Assembly: GCA_964244895.1 (NCBI GenBank)
Contig: CAXTKV010000087.1
Span: 1 to 20,088, forward strand
DNA from: an uncultured Deinococcales bacterium
GTDB lineage: Bacteria > Deinococcota > Deinococci > Deinococcales > JAAFIG01
Reading direction: 5' to 3'
Length of the DNA: 20,088 nucleotides
The translations under genes were made by a program, and so were the position numbers. Shown in pieces: positions 15,744 to 20,088 of this stretch; the first letter of the stretch is position 1; every line of letters begins with the position of its first letter. The notes beneath the pieces are model-generated. The model saw only the letters and a list, made by a program, of their open reading frames with translations. It did no database searches and was not told the DNA's origin.

Positions 15744-16466
15744 CTAGCCGACGTAACGGTTCCAGAGCGCGTCTAAACTTTCGGGGGTAAACCCGATAAA
15801 GTCTTCGACTTTGCATTGGACACCTTCAAGCTCGCGTTCTCCTACGCCGATGCGCAGAGGAACGTTCGCGTTACGTGCGCCGTTGACCCCAGACATCGAG
15901 TCCTCGAAGCTGACTTGACGATCAACCGGAAGACTGCTCAGACCGATAGCGCGGTTCGGAATTGCAGGATTGGGTTTAGCCCAATCTGCGTTTCCAAAAC
16001 GCCCAACGATCTGAACGTCACCTTCTGGAAGAACCCAGTACGGGAACTCAAGTTGACCATCCCACTTAACCTCGTGTCCCTGACTGTAAAGTCGGGCAGC
16101 CAAAACTTCTGGGTAGCTCGAAGACACAATTTGGATTCGGCCAAGCTGTTTCTCTTGGCGAATATACTCGACGACCCCAGGACGGAAGCTCATGCGTTGA
16201 TCCCACTCCAATGTATGAAGAAAGATCACAGCCTCTACGGGCAAGCCGAGAGTCTGGGCAATCTGTGAGTAGATGTTAAGGTTATCTACTTTTCCTCCCG
16301 GAACCAAAGCAGGTCGTGCAACTAGAACGTTAAACAACTGCTCGATTAAATCGAACCGGTGCTCAAACGTTTCAGTCAACAAAGTAGTCTCGTCGAAATC
16401 GAACAGAAGTGAAAGTATAAGTGCACCCGAAAAAATCTCCGAGAGAGGCTGGAAGATCGGGCACAT
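15744..16466 (-). CDS. HAD-superfamily hydrolase (beta-phosphoglucomutase/CbbY-like)
   Basis: Motif I LLFDFDET, motif II IVSSS, motif III KPNP and motif IV FEDSMSGVNGA. Start uncertain (ATG 16466 or 16481); the extension to 16808 is unlikely to be coding. Confidence 0.8.
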   Translation of the reverse strand: MCPIFQPLSEIFSGALILSLLFDFDETTLLTETFEHRFDLIEQLFNVLVARPALVPGGKVDNLNIYSQIAQTLGLPVEAVIFLHTLEWDQRMSFRPGVVEYIRQEKQLGRIQIVSSSYPEVLAARLYSQGHEVKWDGQLEFPYWVLPEGDVQIVGRFGNADWAKPNPAIPNRAIGLSSLPVDRQVSFEDSMSGVNGARNANVPLRIGVGERELEGVQCKVEDFIGFTPESLDALWNRYVG

Positions 16467-16910
16467 TCTTGGCGCTTTCATCCATGTCACAAGTGACACG
16501 AATAACCAGTACGCCTCACAACCTTCGACGATTGCGGAATTCTGAGCAATGTACTCACATTGCTGAAGAAGTCCTCGCAATCGAATTCGACGCGGAATTG
16601 TCACCCGGTGACGGGCGGCAAGAAAATCAACGTTCATGCTTGAAATACCAAATAGGTGAGCAGATTCCATAAAAATAAGAAATCGTTTTGCAACGGTCTT
16701 GATTTTCAAGGAACCATCAAGAGCTAGGCTCTCAACACGATCACCCTGACATCCCAAACATCCCCCAAATGGCAAAAACGCACATGGAGCTTGAATCTGG
16801 TGCGGCACGCATCAAGCTTGGAATACGGCACGTTTGCGGACACCACTGGCCTCGAGCGCAATCACAAAAAGTACCGTGAATCTCGGGGCGTTCACGCTCT
16901 GGATGTACGG

Positions 16911-16969
16911 GAACACCGTCCGGGACGCGGTTTCTCGAGAACGAGAAAACATCGTGCTAGACGGTGTTT
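16911..16969. repeat. REP-like pair
   Basis: GAACACCGTCCGGGACGCGGTTTC and AAACATCGTGCTAGACGGTGTTT. Confidence 0.7.
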
Positions 16970-17040
16970 AAGTTAACCCGTGAACCCAACGCGTTGGGCG
17001 ACGCGGGGAAAGAACACTGAACTTTTTTCGAGGCAACCCA

Positions 17041-17076
17041 AATAAAAGCGTTCCGCCCGACCTGCACGCCGGGCGG
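17041..17076 (-). terminator. Probable terminator after the PfkB kinase
   Basis: On minus, CCGCCCGGC-GTGCAG-GTCGGGCGG followed by AACGCTTTTATT. Confidence 0.5.
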
Positions 17077-17101
17077 CACATCAGCAAAATGACTCGGACT
17101 T

Positions 17102-18046
17102 TCAGGTAGAAACGACCCCGACAACTTTGGCGCGCGTTGGCGGGTCGCAACCCTCACGGGTGCAATTGATCGCGGCAGCTTGGGTAGCGAACCGCATGGC
17201 TTCGAGAAACACTTCGTCTCTGTGCATGCTGAGCTGGGCTGGAATCTCGTGCCCAAAATCCAGCAGCTTGACCATCAGCGCGGCAGTGAACGTATCGCCC
17301 GCGCCTACGGTGTCGCAGACGCTGACGTTCGGCGCTTCGACCAGGAGTTCTGGTCTTCCGGCGCGGTGCAGGACGCTACCGTGCTGACCTCGAGTGACGA
17401 TCACCGCTCGAGGCCCGAGCCTCAACCATTCGCGAGCCACGTCGTCGGTGGGGCGCTCGGGCTCGAGCCAACTTAAATCCTGATCCGAGACCTTGACCAG
17501 ATCGGCCAGCGCCAACCACTCGCGCATGGCCAAGCGGTACGCCTCGCGGTCTGGAATCAGGGCAGGACGGCAGTTCGGATCGAACACGATCGTGACCATG
17601 TGCTTGGGACTGGCGCGGTGCATGGACACGATGTCCGTGATGGTTCTGGCGGTCGGGTTTTCCAGCAAGCTGATCGAACCGAACTGAATGAACCGAACCG
17701 TGTCGGGCAGGACCGGGCGCGGCTGCGGGTCGTAGCGGGTGGTGGCCGCGCCGTTGCCGACGAAGGTGAAGTGAACGTTCCCGTCGGTTTCCTGAACGAA
17801 GGCCAGCGCGGTCGGCGCGTCGCTGATTTCGACGAAGCGGGTGTCCACGCAGTTGGTGTGCAGGTGCTCGAGCAGGCGCGTTCCGAAGGCGTCGCTCGAG
17901 ACGTGCCCCATGAAAGCGGCGCGCTGTCCCAGGCGGGCGGCGGCGGTCGCGACGTTCAGGTGCGCGCCGCCGATGAACCCTTTGAAGTTCAGGTCGCCCC
18001 GACTTTTGAAATCGATCAGGGCTTCCCCGAGAATGGCGATGTTCAT
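17102..18046 (-). CDS. PfkB-family carbohydrate kinase, probably fructokinase
   Basis: MNIAILGEALID, GGAHLNVATAAARLG, FDPNCRP, VKVSDQDL, VTRG and DTVGAGDTF motifs; AAGG RBS before ATG 18046. Confidence 0.92.
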   Translation of the reverse strand: MNIAILGEALIDFKSRGDLNFKGFIGGAHLNVATAAARLGQRAAFMGHVSSDAFGTRLLEHLHTNCVDTRFVEISDAPTALAFVQETDGNVHFTFVGNGAATTRYDPQPRPVLPDTVRFIQFGSISLLENPTARTITDIVSMHRASPKHMVTIVFDPNCRPALIPDREAYRLAMREWLALADLVKVSDQDLSWLEPERPTDDVAREWLRLGPRAVIVTRGQHGSVLHRAGRPELLVEAPNVSVCDTVGAGDTFTAALMVKLLDFGHEIPAQLSMHRDEVFLEAMRFATQAAAINCTREGCDPPTRAKVVGVVST

Positions 18047-18246
18047 GAATGACCTTCGAGATGAGTTGGGTCGCGGTCGAAGCAATCTGGACGCACGTTG
18101 GCCTCCTGCTCGGCGTTCGCAGTCAAAAGAGATGGTCGGACGCTGGCATCAGCGGCTGGGCCAGAGCGCGCGTCACGAACGCCTCGGATCTGGATGCTCG
18201 AGAGTCCTGGATAAAGCGAGCCTCCGAGGATCTGCGCCGCTCGGGG

Positions 18247-18300
18247 ACACCGTCCTACACACGAGTGTTCCAGTGTCAGCTCATGCGTCTAGGACGGTGT
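18247..18300. repeat. REP-like inverted pair
   Basis: ACACCGTCCTA (18247-18257) and TAGGACGGTGT (18290-18300). Confidence 0.7.
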
Positions 18301-18308
18301 TTCTCAAT

Positions 18309-18342
18309 TCACCCCGGCCTCGGGTGCAGCAGGCCGGGGTGA
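18309..18342 (-). other. Stable hairpin downstream of the binding-protein gene
   Basis: TCACCCCGGCCT/AGGCCGGGGTGA perfect 12-bp stem. Confidence 0.6.
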
Positions 18343-18378
18343 CCGTGACACCTGACAAGATTCAGCTCAAGCGAGCGC

Positions 18379-19359
18379 TTACTTGTTTTCGCAGTCGTAC
18401 TTCTCGCAGGCTTGCTTGGCGTTCTCGGGCGTGATCTCGTCCGTGCCGAGCGTGACCTTCTTCGGGGCGGTCTTGTCGCCCTTGACGAGAATCTTGTAGG
18501 CCCAATCCATCGCTTCCGCTGCGCCGTTCGGGTACACGAACGAAGCGCCCAGACGACCCTGGAGGATGCTGACGATCGAACCGTTCTTGTCGGGCAGGCC
18601 GTCAATCCCCAGGAAGAGCATCTTCTTCACGTCCAGGTTAGCGTTCTGCGCGGCGATGTACGCGCCTTCGGTCGAGTCGTCGTTGTGACCGTACACGACG
18701 TTGAACTTGTTGTTCGCCTGGAACGCGGCGGCGGCGGCGGGCAGGGCCTTGGCCTTCTGCCATTCGCTGGTCACGCTGGCCGCGATCTTGACGTTCGGGT
18801 TGGCCTTGATGCCGTCGCGGAAGCCGCTGCCGCGCTCTTGGGCGGGGGTCGAACCGGACAGGCCCGAGACCTCGAGCACGTTGCATGGGCTGATCTTCTT
18901 ATCCGCGCACCACTTGGCGACGTAGGCGCCCGCTTTCGTGCCGATGAACTTGTTGTCCGCGCCGATGAACATCGTGTAGGCATCGCCCAGCACGGCGCGA
19001 TCCAGCACGATCACGGGGATACCCGCGTCGTAAACCTTCTTGACCACGGCGGTCAGTGGCGCAGCTTCATTGGGCGAGATGATCAACAGGTCGACCTTCT
19101 GCTGCAACAGGTTTTCCACGTCCGCGACTTGCTTGGCGCTGTCGCGCTGCGCGTTGACGGTCACGAGCTTGAATTCCTTGTACTTCGCGGCGGCCTTGGT
19201 CATCTGGTTGTTGAAGGCCACGCGCCACGGATCGTCGAACGCGAGCTGCGAGAAGCCGATCAGGTACTGTTTGCTCTGGGCGCTGCTGTGTTGAATGGAC
19301 AGCGCGCCGACGGCGGCAGCGGCGCAAGCCGCCAGAAGAACTTTCGTGGTGTGTCGCAT
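18379..19359 (-). CDS. CUT2 (RbsB-like) sugar ABC substrate-binding protein
   Basis: GAGGGGG RBS before ATG 19359; signal peptide; IGFSQ..DDPWR, VDLLIISPNE, GIPVIVLDR, IGADN and HND motifs. Confidence 0.93.
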   Translation of the reverse strand: MRHTTKVLLAACAAAAVGALSIQHSSAQSKQYLIGFSQLAFDDPWRVAFNNQMTKAAAKYKEFKLVTVNAQRDSAKQVADVENLLQQKVDLLIISPNEAAPLTAVVKKVYDAGIPVIVLDRAVLGDAYTMFIGADNKFIGTKAGAYVAKWCADKKISPCNVLEVSGLSGSTPAQERGSGFRDGIKANPNVKIAASVTSEWQKAKALPAAAAAFQANNKFNVVYGHNDDSTEGAYIAAQNANLDVKKMLFLGIDGLPDKNGSIVSILQGRLGASFVYPNGAAEAMDWAYKILVKGDKTAPKKVTLGTDEITPENAKQACEKYDCENK

Positions 19360-19556
19360 GGAATCCCCCTCTGAATGATGGGCTGATGGACGTGTGATAC
19401 CCTGGTTACAGATCGCGTGGTGGTCTGAATGGCGGCGGAGGCGTTGCTCGGTTGCATTCCTGGTAGCACAGTTCGGTAACTCGAGCGCGCCCTCTGCTGC
19501 TGATATCACCTCCTTCAAAATTGAAGTCCGTCGTGGTCGGTTTTGGCGTGGTTGGT

Positions 19557-20088
19557 TCAGGCGCGGCGCTGAAGTCTCTGAAGAGCGACAGCGGCCACGA
19601 TCAGACCGCCTTTGATCAGCAGTTGCACGTCCGCCTGAACGTTGTTGAGGTTAAGGGCGTTGTCAATCATGCCCAGCATCCACGCGCCGGCCACCGATCC
19701 GGCGATGCTGCCGATCCCGCCTTGCAGGCTGGTGCCGCCGATCACGACGGCGGCGATGGCGTTCAGTTCGTAGGCGTTGCCGTCGTTCGGCGCACCCTGG
19801 TTCAGTTGGATGGCGTGGATGATCGCGGCCAGCGCGGTCAACGCGCCGCAGAGGGTGAACACGATGACTTTCGTCAGGTCCACGCGCACGCCCGAGAGTC
19901 GCGCCGCGATGGGGTTGCCGCCGATGGCGTAGACGTGCCGACCGAACGGGCTGTAGCGCAGGATTCCGCCGATCAGGAACGCGACGGCGAACATCAGAAC
20001 GGCGGGCACGGGGATGCCCAGAAAGCGCTGGTTGATAAAGAAGGCGCTGTCCGGGGCGTTGCCGCCCTGCGAGGTCGCCAGGAGCGTG
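19557..20088 (-). CDS. CUT2 (RbsC-like) sugar ABC permease, 5' end outside the window
   Basis: FGRHVYAIGGNPIAARLSGV and YELNAIAAVVIGGTSLQGG motifs; the reading frame runs toward the window edge. Confidence 0.92.
   Translation of the reverse strand, partial: TLLATSQGGNAPDSAFFINQRFLGIPVPAVLMFAVAFLIGGILRYSPFGRHVYAIGGNPIAARLSGVRVDLTKVIVFTLCGALTALAAIIHAIQLNQGAPNDGNAYELNAIAAVVIGGTSLQGGIGSIAGSVAGAWMLGMIDNALNLNNVQADVQLLIKGGLIVAAVALQRLQRRA

Noticed and set aside
16482..16808. Long N-terminal extension of the HAD ORF
   Set aside because: HAD motif I normally lies near the N-terminus, and the extension looks like AT-rich upstream DNA.
13..18300. Palindromic repeats as a CRISPR array
   Set aside because: Copies are dispersed, often inverted, variable and not regularly spaced; no cas genes.
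1196..19374. Long antisense ORFs (1196-2146, 2500-3525, 7643-8878, 9887-10831, 18412-19374)
   Set aside because: Mirror frames of real GC-rich genes with no independent motifs.
19496..19516. 16S rRNA 3'-end fragment (GCTGATATCACCTCCTT on plus)
   Set aside because: Similarity is limited to the anti-SD tail; better read as an SD on the minus strand.

Overview
GC-rich bacterial chromosomal window, probably Deinococcota. This is an inference from the FUN14 gene, the strong CTCGAG enrichment and a predicted outer-membrane beta-barrel. Left to right: a FUN14-family gene; a tightly coupled 5-gene envelope operon (two exported PLD-fold proteins lacking the HKD motif, a membrane protein, a lytic transglycosylase and a SpoIIIAA/Ycf45-like ATPase); a lower-GC accessory patch (about 3.6-5.3 kb) with three remotely related helical-protein genes; a diguanylate cyclase; a STAND-type ATPase-TPR-LuxR regulator; a candidate ~170-nt minus-strand structured RNA; an orphan beta-barrel protein; a ROK-regulated CUT1 sugar ABC operon; a foreign-looking HAD hydrolase; and the end of a CUT2 sugar ABC operon with a PfkB kinase. 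A family of REP-like palindromes sits in most intergenic spaces. The most unusual feature is a pair of ~420-nt cassettes (4275-4697 and 4834-5251). In each, a conserved non-coding leader is complementary to a conserved tail spanning the stop codon, and the pairing encloses a fast-diverging 83-88 aa ORF. All calls are by eye; no databases or folding programs were run.
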